From Lytechinus pictus (Eukaryota): a stretch of 64,000 nt of DNA. Position 1 is the first letter of the stretch; every line of letters starts with the position of its first letter. The translations under genes were made by a program, and so were the position numbers. Where the stretch lies: positions 16,928,001 through 16,992,000 of the forward strand of contig NC_087250.1 in assembly GCF_037042905.1 (NCBI RefSeq), read 5' to 3'. Under the pieces are notes generated by a model, which was not told the origin of the DNA, ran no database searches, and saw nothing but the letters and a program-made list of their open reading frames with translations. Below, piece by piece: positions 38,796 to 52,491 of the stretch.

Positions 38796-40236
38796 AAAGT
38801 GTGTGTGCGTCTTTACCTTTATATTCTACGGCGAACCCGCTGAGCGTGCCATTGTTCATTTTTCTTTCCTACGGGTCAGTGCTCTTGCCATTCAAGACGC
38901 CAGCGTGCCCTTTTGCAGCGAAAACGGAAGCGTCCGCTTTTATCTTTTCTTTTGACACCCCCCGGTTGGCTCTCCGAAGATATGTTTTTGCATGAGCGCC
39001 CTCTATGTCCACGATATCGGTGTTTTAGGCCCGATCTCTAGTCACTGATCTGAATATCGTTGTGTCCTTGTATCGGTGTGCCTAGTCCAGTGGGGTATAT
39101 ATTTTCCAAAGTTACGCTTTCACAATTTCTTTTGATAATTTTTCGTTTCGGGTTTAAGTATATGACAAAGTTCAATTAGATTTAGATTTCATTTCTTTAA
39201 TAGAACAATTAAGCTTTAGCCCTTTAGCACGAGCATTTTGTTTTATTTTGAAGAATATACCGTTAAGATATTGACTTTCTAAAAGTAAGTGTTCAAGCGC
39301 GGGTGAGATTTTATTTTATCACACTGAGCCCACACAGTCAGCATTGTCGGGTGAAAAGGAAAAATATGGAGTTGTCCTTAACATCTTTGTAAACGAAATG
39401 CAAAGCCCCTCACAAAAGATGCAATATAAATCATACCTGGGTCCAAAAATGATGGCATTTAAATTTATACATTGAAACGCTACTGTGACAAAAAAAAAAT
39501 AAATACATAAGATGCAAGCTTTTTTGTGTGTGTGGAAAAAAGATGAACACTAAGGGCATCGTTGAAATTCAGATTTGAGCTAAACATAGGCCTATATCTA
39601 ATTTAGCCGAAGTGCACATCAATTTTACTCTTATTATACATGTTTAAAAATTGCCATGTTAGAAACTAATATATTCACACAGATGCCGTGCAAAACAAAC
39701 GAATAAAATATCATTAATTTGAATGTTAAATATAAAATTGGATGCTCAAGCAGTCATATCGGTCATTGTAGATTAAATGCACAATTCTTGAATTTCATTG
39801 CCCGAAATTCAGAACAAAAAGTACTTTCGTTACTTTGTAAGACCATTACAAACATCTTTACCTTCGAACGAAATCAAAAGCACTTAACAAATAAATATTG
39901 AAATTATCAAAGTTGAGGTAGTCTTGACCGTGAATTGAGTTGAGTGTTAATAAAGGAATCATAGCGTCTTCTAATGAATCCATTCTAAACTTTGAATGAC
40001 CGATGAAAAATATCGCGTGAATTAAAATGCAAATTAACACATTTAAGTGACTCCGACATGATATTGAACAGGAAAACCTATATTATCTTTTTACCTGGGA
40101 TCCGTCTTTATTCTCTTATATAAATTTCCCCTGTGATCTACTATGTGACCTAGTGTTTTTTATTACCATCCTGGAGCCACAGAACCGAAGGGGGTCTGGG
40201 GCTGAGGCCTCCACAAGTACCATGATTTTATGCATG

Positions 40237-41118
40237 ATGTAGTGAATCGGGGGGGGGGGGGGTTATCCGGCCCGTGCGCCCCCCCCCCTTGAGAGCCATT
40301 ATCAATTTTGTTAATGTAAATATGCCATTTTTACACAAGACTAGTGTGCCCCCTTTGAAACTCACAGCATGTATTTTAATGAGAATATGTCGTTCATACA
40401 CAAGTGAAGACCTTCACTTTAGCTTGGTAAACACCCCTTTTCCAAATATATTTGGTTATTAAAATGCACAGAGAGATGGTAGGCAAAGAATATAACTCGA
40501 ATGTTCATATTAAGAGTCAACCTATCAAGAGGGAAGTTACATGGTTAATTAAAAATGTGTTGATAAAATATCACTCGAACGTTATGTTATAATCTGCTTC
40601 GCCAAACAGTTTTTATGTAATATTGCTCTTTATAAAGGCAAGTATTAAACTACATTAAATGTCGAAATGTTGATAAATATAATGGAAACCATATTAAAAT
40701 GCACATTACGAAAAGAAACAAAATCAAGGTTCTAGAATGGGACAAAAAGAGAACAAGAAAACTACCAATTTGATGCTCATTTTAATTTCCCGAAAGCCGG
40801 ACGTTGAAAATGACATGGGCCAGCGCATTGCAAGCTGTATTTAACGGCTTACCCCATTGTCAAGGTAGATTTAAATGACCCCATTCTTGATTGGGGAGAT
40901 TACCCTATATTCTTGAACATAGAGGTGGTCTGACTGGTGGCGGATTTCAATAGAAATGACCCCTTGATTGGTGGGGGTATTTCAATGGGAGATTACCACT
41001 TTGTCAGCGCGGGTGACTGTCTTGATACTTTGATGTTCCCCGATGTGTCTTCTATTCGAAAATCGTGTTTGCAACTAATCCCAATTATGAGACTATTTGG
41101 CATCAAAATGAAAGCCTA
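40237..41118 (+). repeat. ~880-bp segment, copy 1 of a direct duplication
   Basis: Colinear with 43051-43939, with scattered substitutions. Confidence 0.9.
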
Positions 41119-43050
41119 ACAAAAAGAAAAAAAAGAAGGGAAAAAAGAGAGGAGAAAAGGAATAGGGAAGGGAGGAAAGGGAAAAAGGTAGCTTTGTGTT
41201 TGTTTGTTTGTTTGTTTTTTTTTTTCTCAAAAGAGAATCTCCTTCACTCTTGCTCTAAATTTATATATGGATTTTGCTTCCGCGCTGCGCGCAGTTAAAT
41301 GATAATATTGAAGTTCTCCATTGTTTCCCCCACCCTTTCTCTTACCCTGTTTTTCCACCTCAGCTATATGTGTTTCTTGCCAGTTAAAGTTCAAATGTAT
41401 ACATTAGGGCATGGAATTAGAGTAAGGTTAGGCCGAAGTATATGAAGTTATCTTTTTTTTTTATTGATTGCGCAACTTCTGGACGGGTCGGCCCTGGGCG
41501 GGTAAAATCTTTATATCAATTTCTGCCGTCACCTCCATAAAGTAAACTTCTCCTGCTTTTCAGCTCATCACTAAACAACCATATTTTGGGGCAAACAGGT
41601 CCCTAATTTAAAAAGAGGAAGGTATAAAATTCGTGTCGTATTAGATAGAAAAGTACAATATTTATTATCAATTTCTATTAAACTTCATGTCATTTCCCTG
41701 CACATTCATCTCCTGTCCTGTTTTGCGCACTCGTTTGAAATTTTGAATGACACTTAGGGTTCTTTATAATTCAAAATGAAGCGCTCCAGGATAAGTCAAA
41801 GAAATAAGGCATTCTTTTTTATATAATTTCAATGAATCACAGAAGTTTCAACTTTTTGCGCACTATTTTCCTTGTAATGAAGTTCAATAATCCTATTGAA
41901 TTAGACCTGATGGGGTATTAGAGATTTCTGCATTTGATGAAACGTCCGCCATTTGATACTTCAGAGTTTCATTGCTCTGCGCGGGGAGGAATATCTTCCT
42001 CCCGGCATATACACTTCTTCTCCTCTGTTTTGCGAGTTACGCACTATCGCTAAATTGTTTGTAATCAAATCTGATCTTTCCAAGAGAAGTATTCAATATG
42101 TCTTTGACAATACCCTTTTATCGGGACCCTTTTCATGGCAGAAACAAATTGAAAAAAAACGCTTAAGCCTCCGCGCTTCGCGCGGGGTTATTATTATTTT
42201 AATTTCCTCCATTGTATTCCTTTTTTATGCGTTCGCTCACAATCACTTTTGAAAACAAGGTTCATGAAAAAAGGTTCAAAATCACAATATTGTCAACTGA
42301 ATTGGAGCTGATACTAGAGAGACGGCTCCTTTTCATTTTAATTTATGAAACACCAAAAGCTTCGCGCTTCGCAAAGGGAGGGGGAAACTCCCCCTCCCTG
42401 CACCCACCCCCTAGGGAGCGCGCTTCGCGCGCTCAGTAGGTGTTGGCACGCTTCGCGTGCGATTACCTCCCCCTCCAAAATGAAATCCTGGCTACGCGGT
42501 TGTCTTCTTCCTATCAAAATTAATCTGCAATGTGTGTGTGTCAAATATTGCAAATTAGATTTCCAGTGTCTAAGGTAAACATAATTTACCGACGTAAAGT
42601 TAGTAATACAAAAGCCTCTTTGGCCTATAGTTTTCCTTCCAACTTTTTATTTCACCTCTTAATCGTATAGCTGCATTCTGTATAGCTTGCATATTTAAAT
42701 ATACAAAATAAAAATCAATAAACGTACAGGAAATGGTAATACCTCGGTCACATTTGCTCTTCGGCGGCCATACGGCGAGTCGAAAACAGAAACCTCCTAT
42801 ATTTAGCTGGTACAAAAACTTAAAACGACTGTTTTCGACTCGCCTTAGAACAAATGTGACCGAGGTATTTGGCATACTAGGTCAACAAGGATGGAGTGCA
42901 TGCGGGTGCGGATCCTGCCGGAGTAACACAATACAATCCAATAGGCGCCGAATAAACAATAGTTGGGCTGTCAATAGTATTGTAGTCTATTTTTTTACCT
43001 CTATAAAAAGAAGTCAGTGGGTCTATATTCTGCACCTGGAGGGTACAGAT

Positions 43051-43939
43051 ATGTAGTGAATCCGGGGGGGGGGGGAGCATCCGACCGGTGCGCCCCCCCC
43101 CCCCCCATTTGAAAGCCATTATCAATTTTGTTAATATAAATATGCCATTTCTATACAAGTGTGCCCCCTTTGAAACTCACCGCATGTATTTTAATGAGAA
43201 TATGTCGTTCATACACAAGTAATGACGTTCACTTTTGCCTGGTAAACACCCATTTTCCAAATATATTTGGTTATTAAAATACACAGAGAGATGGTAGGCA
43301 AAGAATATAACTCGAATGTTCATATTAAGCGTATACCTATAAAGAGGGAAGTTACATGCTTAATTAAAAATGTGTTGATAAAATATCAGTCGGAAGTTAT
43401 GTTATAATCTGCTTAGCCAAACAGGTTTTTTAATATGTAATATTGCTCTTTATAAAGCCAAGTATCAAACTACATTAAATGTCGAAATGTTGAGAAACAT
43501 AATGGAAACAATATTAAAATGCACATAACGAAAAGAAACAAAATCAAGGTTCTAGTATGGGGACAAAACGAGCACAAGAAAACTACCCATTTGATGCTCA
43601 TTTTAATTCCCCGAAAGCTGGACGTTGAAAATAAAATGGGTCAACGTATTGCAAGCTGTATTTAACGGCTTACCCCATTGTCAAGGTAGATTTAAATTAC
43701 CCCATTCTTGATTGGGGAGACTACCCTATATTCTTGAACACAGAGGTGGTCCGACTGGTGGCGGATTTTAATAGAAAGATGACCTCTTGATTGGTTGGGG
43801 TATTTCAATAGGAGATTATCACTTTGTCAGCGCGGGTGACTGTCTTGATACTTTGATGTTCCCCGATGTGTCTTCTACTCGAAAACCGTGTTTGCTGCTA
43901 ATCCTAATTATGAGACTATTTGGCATCAAAATGAAAGCC
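43051..43939 (+). repeat. ~880-bp segment, copy 2
   Basis: ATGTAGTGAATC...GGCATCAAAATGAAAGCCT shared with 40237-41118. Confidence 0.9.
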
Positions 43940-44485
43940 TCACTGCACCCTTTTCATAGATTTCGTTTGAAAATAAAATACTTACGTTCTAGGTAAAATT
44001 GGAATATGAGAAGGCGCTTTATGATATGTAAACCAAATGTGGTTTGTTCATAAGCATCTTTATAATAAATGTTACAAAATCAATTTTCATAGAACAAATG
44101 TTATACTCGATTTAGTTACAGCCAAAATATTTCAAAGTCATCGAGAGGGTAAGTATCAGACTAAATAATTCAAGCGTGAATTGCGAGCTTGAAAAGGGAT
44201 CATTTTATTAGGGCGGATCCAGCTTTCGTCAATACAGAGAGAGGACGCAAAATGTCCCCCCCCCCCCCTACAGCGCAAAGCTTAATTTTGTTGGTTTCTT
44301 TCAAGGGGGAGTCCAAACAGTGAAAATTAAATTAATTTATTCATCTAATAAGCCTAATCAGAGCACGAAATCTGTCAATATTATATATAATATATTTAAG
44401 GCACTTTTGTAATTATGAATAAGATGCATGAGCAATATATTTTCAACAATCAATGTGCGCGCAAATTGCCAGCTGAAAATTGTCG

Positions 44486-44771
44486 ATAATGTATTTTAAA
44501 GACGACTCGGCGATTTAAAATGATTTATAGGTCGGCGAACAAAGCCAGGTCATGAAGGTGTTTGTAATTTGGAATGGCGCGGTTGACGAGGTGATACGTC
44601 ACAATGGTGCGCCAGACGGTATTGTTTATGCGCACAATGACAATAATTTATACTGGGCACAAGGAGCGTCCATATTTTGGCGCGCGCGCCTAGGCGAAGG
44701 CGCGAAAAATCCTTCATTTTAGTCTTGGCTTTCAACGGAGATGAACGTCCAAAATATTCGCTTGTAATTTT
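44486..44771 (+). repeat. Split direct repeat A1 (286 bp)
   Basis: No differences seen versus 51750-52035. Confidence 0.95.
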
Positions 44772-45672
44772 TCTACAAAGTACAACGAGATCTACAAGAA
44801 TTTTTGTTGAAACCATCATCGATCGGGAATCATCTTAATTTTGCTTAATGCAGCTGTAAATGCTGTCCGAATTACTTGAGGATTCTCTATTTCTTGCCTG
44901 GCCTAACGATTAACCGTCTGCTTTGAACCGAGTTTTATACGACGGTACGAGGTCGAGGAGCTACGCCTACGCTACGACTACGTGTTGTCGCTATAACTAG
45001 TACCGTATAAGTAACACTAGTAGCAGATCGGCTGGGTCCTAGAACTTTTTGGTTTCCGCAACGATGAGAAATTGACTCGAGCTGCTAGATGGAATTCCGT
45101 TCAACGACATACGGTCGACTGGGATTCATCAGGATTATGAGTATTGAATGTTACGGTAGTCAGAGCCCGAGTCAGAGGTCCTACTACTAGTACTACTAGC
45201 TCCCGAGATCGAGTATGATGTGAAGCCTGTGGCTGAGCAGAGGCAACGGTCTGGACTCTGGATTAGCAGACGGAACGGGGTCGGTACCAGACAATTTACA
45301 AGTTCCAGTCTCTGCAAGACCTAGCCTATCCGGTGAGTACGGAAGCAGGAATAGATCTAGGCCTAGGCTAGACTCAGTCTGGATTAGTGTAGTAGTACTA
45401 GTGGGTGCTAGTACTACTACTACTACTACTAGTACTAGTACTAGTAGTAGTAGGCCTAGGCCTAAGTTAGGCCTAACTTAAGCCTATTGTTAATTAGGCT
45501 TGTTGAATGATCGAGGCCTGCTACAGTCTTAGTAACTCTTAGTCTTACAGAGTAACAGAGTACAGTGATACTGCTAGTACAAGTAGTAGGAGTATCGGGG
45601 TGATTTGTAACTTGTGGAGTTTTCTTTAGACTAGCGCAGGTAGGCCTGCCTAGGCCCTAGTCTGACTCTGAG

Positions 45673-45725
<53 letters not shown>

Positions 45726-48700
45726 ACACAAATCTCTTTCAAATTCAATTTCATGGCCCTTCAATACCCCCCCCCCGGTTTTTACGTTAGCACGCGAAGA
45801 TCCCATTCCCATGTGCTAGGCAAATTAAATGCCTAGGCCCTAGTTAATGTAGTCAGGCAAACAGGGGGGGGGGGGTCTATTTGCCATTTGGCTTGCTAAC
45901 GCTATTTAGTATTGGGGTCTGTAGGTCCTAGGTCAAATGTCAAGCCATAGTCGATCCTAGACATAACTTGGACTTGGCCTGGAATTAATTTTAAACTTGG
46001 TCCAAGTGTTTTAATTACGATCATGATGGAATTGGAAAAGGGAGGGGTTAGCTTCAAAATTTAAGCACAGGCCTAGCCTGGCATAGACCTGGTCCTACTT
46101 GACTACTTGTTTTGGTGTCTGAACCAGGTACAGGTGTGTCATGATGGAGATTGGAGGTTTTGAGAATGAGTTCAACAATTTTAATCTAACGTTGGTTACC
46201 GTAGCGTATTTATAGGCGTGGGCCCTAGTGCATCTGCATGACTAGATCTAGGGCCTATGGTTATACGGTTGTAATATACAATTTCGAAGCCGGTGGTTTG
46301 GACTTGGCCCAGTGAATGCCAACATTGCGGTTCTAAAATTTCTGCTAGTATCGATAATATGTATACGATGGAAAATCAAAAGGAAATTGTAGTCTATATT
46401 GGCGCTAACACTAACAGCTTATTTTAAAACTTTAAAGGCCTAGTTTATGGACTAGGCTAAGATCTATTTAGGACCATGATTAATTTTAAGCCACCGTTTT
46501 TGAAAAATGGTGAGAATAATAAAATAAATAGAGGGTATACTAATGATTGGCGAAGAGTTCAAACTTTTCGGTATTATTGATAAATAATTGAGTGGGAGAT
46601 GTCACTTTGTTATAAATTTACAAGTAGTCTACTGCACTGCAGCAGTGCATGGTGACACCACAGAGTGAAACTAGGCTCGGCCTAACGTTAGATCTACTTA
46701 CAGTAGACGCGGTTTTACATGTCTGTTTGGGGATAGACCCTATTATCAGATGGTTCAGTTAGGCCTATAATTTGACCTCTATGACGTTTTCTGGATTATG
46801 GGCCAGCGATAGACCGGTAGCGGTAATAATTATAGATTCTACTCAGCTTTCAAATGTTATTATTGAATCAGTCATTATTTTGGAAAGTAGCAGATGATGC
46901 TTATCATTATGATTATGTCATTAGCATTTTGTAATAATACACTTTGATAAGCATTATAAATATAAATACCTCCACTTGCACCAAGCAGTTCTGTTTAAAC
47001 ATGTACGCCTTGAAAGGAGGTTGGTTTTGGGAATTCACTTTGCATGAATTAAATGCCGATGCTTGGTAGAACTGTGAGCTCGAAGTTTCGAGGAAACACG
47101 GTACATGTAAAAGTAAACTGACCATGCACATGATAATCGGATGTAATTTCGAATTAGCTTGGAATCCCCAATTTAGTTTAGATTGAAGTCAAGGGGTTCA
47201 ACGAGCAGTTATTATAATAGTATGGGCCTCCTAACAAGGAACCTTGATTTTTATGATTTTGTATGGTTTATATCTTGTGGAAATGAAACTGAAAGAATGG
47301 AAATGCTTAGGCCCTATTGGAATTGAATTACTTGTTTTTATATAGCGCTTTATCAACCTCTAACCGCTCAAAGCGCTTCAGAATTGAACCTTACACCTCA
47401 TGGTTCAAGATATATATCAAATAGGCCTATTTGGCTGATCAATGATTTGAACTGAGATAATATCGATAGTATCATTTAAAATAATGATAATATATTATAG
47501 ATTTGGTATACATGATCAAGGCGGCAAATAAAATAATAAATAATGATGATGAGCTTATAATTATGAGCTAATTTCTTGAAGGCATTCAGTAGAAATTGAT
47601 GTAGTCGATTGACATGGGCCTGTGTTGCATGGGCCTGTGTTGGAAAGTGTCTGAAATATTGTACCATACTGTCATTTCCCCTTTGTTGCTTCGGGGGACA
47701 CAATATACGGATGCCTTAATAATGCAATAAGCCATATAGGTATATGGCCAATCAAACGAAATTTACCGATTGCTCAATCAGAAACCAGGTTCCAAAAAGT
47801 ATATCTTCTTCTTGGAATTGGACAGCGTGTGAAATATTCGTGCTGGTGGCCCGTTGATTATGAAAATGTATCTAATGGGCTGGATGCAGTTATTTGGCTT
47901 GATTATTTCTGCAGTGGTGTAGAGGTAAAACCGAATACTGAAATAAGAATAATAAATAATAAAAATGATAAGAGAAGTTATAGTCTAAAATGGAACAGAT
48001 TATTTGAAGCTTATTGAATCTGGTTTTGAAATATTGTCGAAGTTGCAACACGCACATATATGCATATGATTTGCATCGCTGGTTGGGGTTATACTGTAAG
48101 GAATTTGAAAATAGCAGTTATAAATGAAACATAAGGAGCAGGACTAATGATTACTCTGTGAAGGCGGTTTCAGATGTTTCGGGAAGCTGCTCGTTTCGTA
48201 TAAAGCAAAAAATTTAAGTACGCGTATATTGGAAGCTATGATAAAGAGGGCGAAGGATATACATGTATATATTTTATTTGTTATTTCTGAATAAATGGTA
48301 CAACTCCATAGGCATTTAGGGGGTTCAATTGAGCCCCCTCCCCAATACTGGTGAGGATTGTAATATTCCAAATTGTTTAATATGCTTTTCACTAATGCTT
48401 GTGTGTTTGCAGTAGATGAAGAAATGTTCATAACCTCTGTTATATACGTCCTTCGGTTTTCGGGCCGACAAGAGTGATAAATCGAAAAGGATAGCAGAGG
48501 GACAGACCCGTTTTGGTACTAGATATAGAATTTGGTGTTCTGCCCAGGCTTTTTTCTTCTTTTCTTTTGCAGTGCCGGATCTTTGGATGAAAGGGATTCA
48601 AGTGGGCTACTGCGAGGCAAGGTAGGCTGGCAGGAAAGTCTGATGACAATTAGACGGTAGACCTACTATAGTATGATCTAGAACGCTCCAAGTCTGGCTG

Positions 48701-49500
48701 CCAAAGAGTTCCCCTTTGGTTGGATCTATTTCCTGACCAGTTAGCTTAGAGTCCATAGTAAAGGATGTCATTTTGGGGCGTTAATACGCTCTTATAATAA
48801 ATAGAACTGAACTGGGTATTGTTGCCAGCAATGACACTAATTGGAGCAGTGGTCAACTTCTTCATCTTCATAGAACTAATTTACCGACAAGGTGGTTTTG
48901 ATACGTATTCCAAGGAATAGAGGTTTTTCTTCAGTCAAAAAACTGGTGAACAAACATTTTAGCCTTCAAGCAACAGGGAAAGATCATATTTGAAACATCA
49001 TGATACAGTGGGCTGTCTTGAAGGATAAGTTCATATAATATGAGGATGAATTCGTCATGATTTCAGTTTCAGACTTTTTATGAGGTCCCCCATATTGTTC
49101 ACTTGGATGGGATTGGAACTTGAACATGTTTGAACATATGAAGAAAGCCCTTTGTACGTATGCTTTTGCCAACAAGAATGGAACATATTGTTCAGGATAA
49201 GCATATATGAATGTATCAATGTATAAGGCACTTCAAATTTTATTCATTATCGTTTGAAGGACTACTTGTTCGGATGTTATTTAATTTTTTTTTTAAATAA
49301 TTATTTCATGGATGTGGTGAGGATGATAAAACAATAAAAAGGCAGTCATGTTTTACGTTGATATGTGAAAACATTATCGAAATTATTCATCCCGGGTAAA
49401 GTTCCAGTTGATGTTAACTGGCTCTTAGTTTAACAGCATATTTAATTGAGGAGTGTTGCTCTAACCGAGTAGTCCTGATCGGGAAGGTTTCATATTCAAA

Positions 49501-50236
49501 TTAGTTTTAGTGCCTTCAATTATCATGATTATACTCCATGTGTTATATGGGGTTATTCTGTGGATGTTACGCAAGCTTTCAGTTTTTATTTTATCTCATT
49601 TCAACAGAACAATTTACAAAATCCATTATAACTCAGGAATGGTATAATTATGTATTTGTTGGAATTAAGTGTGAGGTGACTAACTAAATGCTGTGGTTGG
49701 ATTTTAATTGAACGATTGTCTACAATTGAATTATATTTGTGCATAGGGTTAAATCATGCACTGTTATAAATGGCAAATGGGGCAACAAGAAAATGGCAGT
49801 ACCTCAGTGCGGCATGCATTGCTGGTTTAGCAATGTTGGGATGCTTCTATTAGTTTTAGTGCCTTCAGTTATCATGGTTATACCCCATTATCCAATGGGG
49901 TTATTTTGTGGATGTTAATCAAGTTTTCAGTTTCAGATTTTATTTTATCTCATTTCCAACAGAACAGTATACAAAATCCATGAAAATACAATTAAAACTC
50001 AGGAATTGTATGATATGTATTTGTTGGAATTAAGTGTGAGGTGACTACGGTAGCTAAATGCTACCTAAATGCTAAATGCTAAATGTTGGATTTTATTGAT
50101 CGATTGTCCACAATTGAATTATTTGTGTGCATAGGGTTAAATCATGCACTGTTATAAATGTATGGCAAATGGGGCAACAAGAAAGTGGCAGTACCTCAGT
50201 GCGGCATGCATTGCTAGTTTAGCAATGTTGGGATGC
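49501..50236 (+). repeat. Internal tandem duplication (~350 and ~385 bp) in the split-repeat element
   Basis: TTAGTTTTAGTGCCTTCA...TTGGGATGCT occurs twice with moderate divergence. Confidence 0.85.
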
Positions 50237-50668
50237 TAGGATTTGTTAATTATATTAAGGTCAAACCGATGACGTTCAGCCACCATTGATAACTTATCAA
50301 AATTAGTGATGCAATGAATTTCAATTTTGAAGCTTGCAATAGGTTTGTATCAAAACCATGATACTTAAAATTGCATATTATCTTGTCTTCCTTCATATGT
50401 TTTGTTTAGTTTTGTGCATGGTAATCAGATCTTAATTGTGAAGGAAGTTCTGACACGGTTTATGTTTAATGTATTTCAATTGGGAGATTGTTTCCAACAA
50501 CTGAATACATAGAAGTGTTTTCCATGCTCTCATTAAACTTGAGATGGATATTTTTTCATATACTTGTATTGAATATTTCTATCTGGTTTTTAAATGTCAT
50601 TTCATGCTGGTTTAAAAGGGGGCTGGTATGTTGGTCAAGGATAGAAAGCAGGTATTCTGAAGAAGAAG

Positions 50669-50717
<49 letters not shown>

Positions 50718-51015
50718 AGAGGCAAATAATGCAAGCCTTCAGGTAATTGTGTCATGAAAGACAGCGACGTCAAAGGTTGTACAAAGATGTATATTTTTGA
50801 TTCATTTAATTTATTGATGGAGGGCTTGGAGGCCTTCTTGATTATGCATGATAACTGATTTAGCTTGGCCAGCTAACACAAAACTGGAGTAAATTATGAA
50901 CGAAGGCTTAAAAATGAATGAAGTGTTTTGGCGGCCGATCATATATATAAAATATATTCTCGTTTGGCGGTAATTTGTCAAATTATGCCGCCTAAACACT
51001 GTTGTCATAAGATAG

Positions 51016-52035
51016 ATTGGCATGGAATATGTTCTTTAATCCACAATGGTCACTTTTGCAAGGTGTGTAAAGCAGTGAATTATATTTTAGCCTCTAGTTA
51101 TTAGATTTTCCACTTTGATGCCATGTACGTTGATTAATATTTCATATTGAATCGGGTCCTCATTCGGTACCTAGACGAAGGGGATTTATTTATAACTTTA
51201 CATAGTACTTTAGGAACGCAATTGTAATTTGAATGTAAGGGTGTCACGCTCGAACTTTCAGTTTAGGCCTCACCTGATCTCATAGGCGGGGAGGCTGGTA
51301 TTCTGTATACATTTATATTTTTCGTGAAATTTTGGCCTCACCCAAGTTCTCATGCGGGAAGGCTGGTATATATATTTATATTATATGATATAAGTATGCC
51401 ATCTGTAATCCACCGATTTGCCGATAGCTCATACATGTAGTTAATAGCTGTGCTGGTATTCCTGTCCGGCTAGCAGAGAACCAGTGGGAAAGCAGCCGTG
51501 AAATTTAACGTTGAATTTTCTGGGAGGGGGGCCTTCTAGCCGGGGGTTTAACCCCCCTTCGGGGAGCTAAACAAAGGCTATCGGTTGGTTCCAGACATAC
51601 ATGAATGTAAGTCTCTAATCTGAGGTATTCATATCCATGTTTTATACTTATGTGATTGTGACACCGGATTCGGAAAAGTGTTCATCTCTATTGAATAAAG
51701 CCACGACATAATCGCATATTATTTTGTATTGTCATTTTGTTTGCCGAGTATAATGTATTTTAAAGACGACTCGGCGATTTAAAATGATTTATAGGTCGGC
51801 GAACAAAGCCAGGTCATGAAGGTGTTTGTAATTTGGAATGGCGCGGTTGACGAGGTGATACGTCACAATGGTGCGCCAGACGGTATTGTTTATGCGCACA
51901 ATGACAATAATTTATACTGGGCACAAGGAGCGTCCATATTTTGGCGCGCGCGCCTAGGCGAAGGCGCGAAAAATCCTTCATTTTAGTCTTGGCTTTCAAC
52001 GGAGATGAACGTCCAAAATATTCGCTTGTAATTTT
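51016..52035 (+). repeat. Split direct repeats B1 + A2 (circle-junction copy)
   Basis: B1 51016-51753 overlaps A2 51750-52035 through ATAA. Confidence 0.95.
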
Positions 52036-52491
52036 CCCACCTCCTCCCCAACAACCATCCATGTAAATGTTACGTTTGGGTCAAACAATGTTGGAATGTT
52101 TAAACACATGCAATGGGGAAGGTCGAGAATGAAGATACTCTAGGTATCATTCAGAGTTGATTTGTGTTTTATTGGAGTGTATAGCTCGTTATGAATGGAA
52201 TAACGGATGTAGGATTGTTATATAATAATTTGGAAATTTGAATTATTTTACTTACATGAATTTAATGTTGATTTATATAACGAAACACGAATTCAAATCC
52301 GGGGGTAGTTTGCCTGGTCGCACATCAAAACAATATGAAGATCGTCGTGTAATTAGAAATGTGGGCCGTAAGGGAATTTTATCCTTCTGATCTATTTTGG
52401 TCTGTGGTCAGGTGGGTTTTCGCCCTTACCCGTTTTTGGGACTGGGTGTTCGTTATATTTTGGTAATTCACATGAATTGAGTTCTCATATT

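Noticed and set aside
38835..38843. ACCCGCTGA match to the 5' end of 28S rRNA
   Set aside because: Only 9 nt; no further rRNA similarity.
48630..48680. CTGATGA as a hammerhead ribozyme core (retrozyme or Penelope idea)
   Set aside because: No stem II followed by GAAA and no closing stems found.
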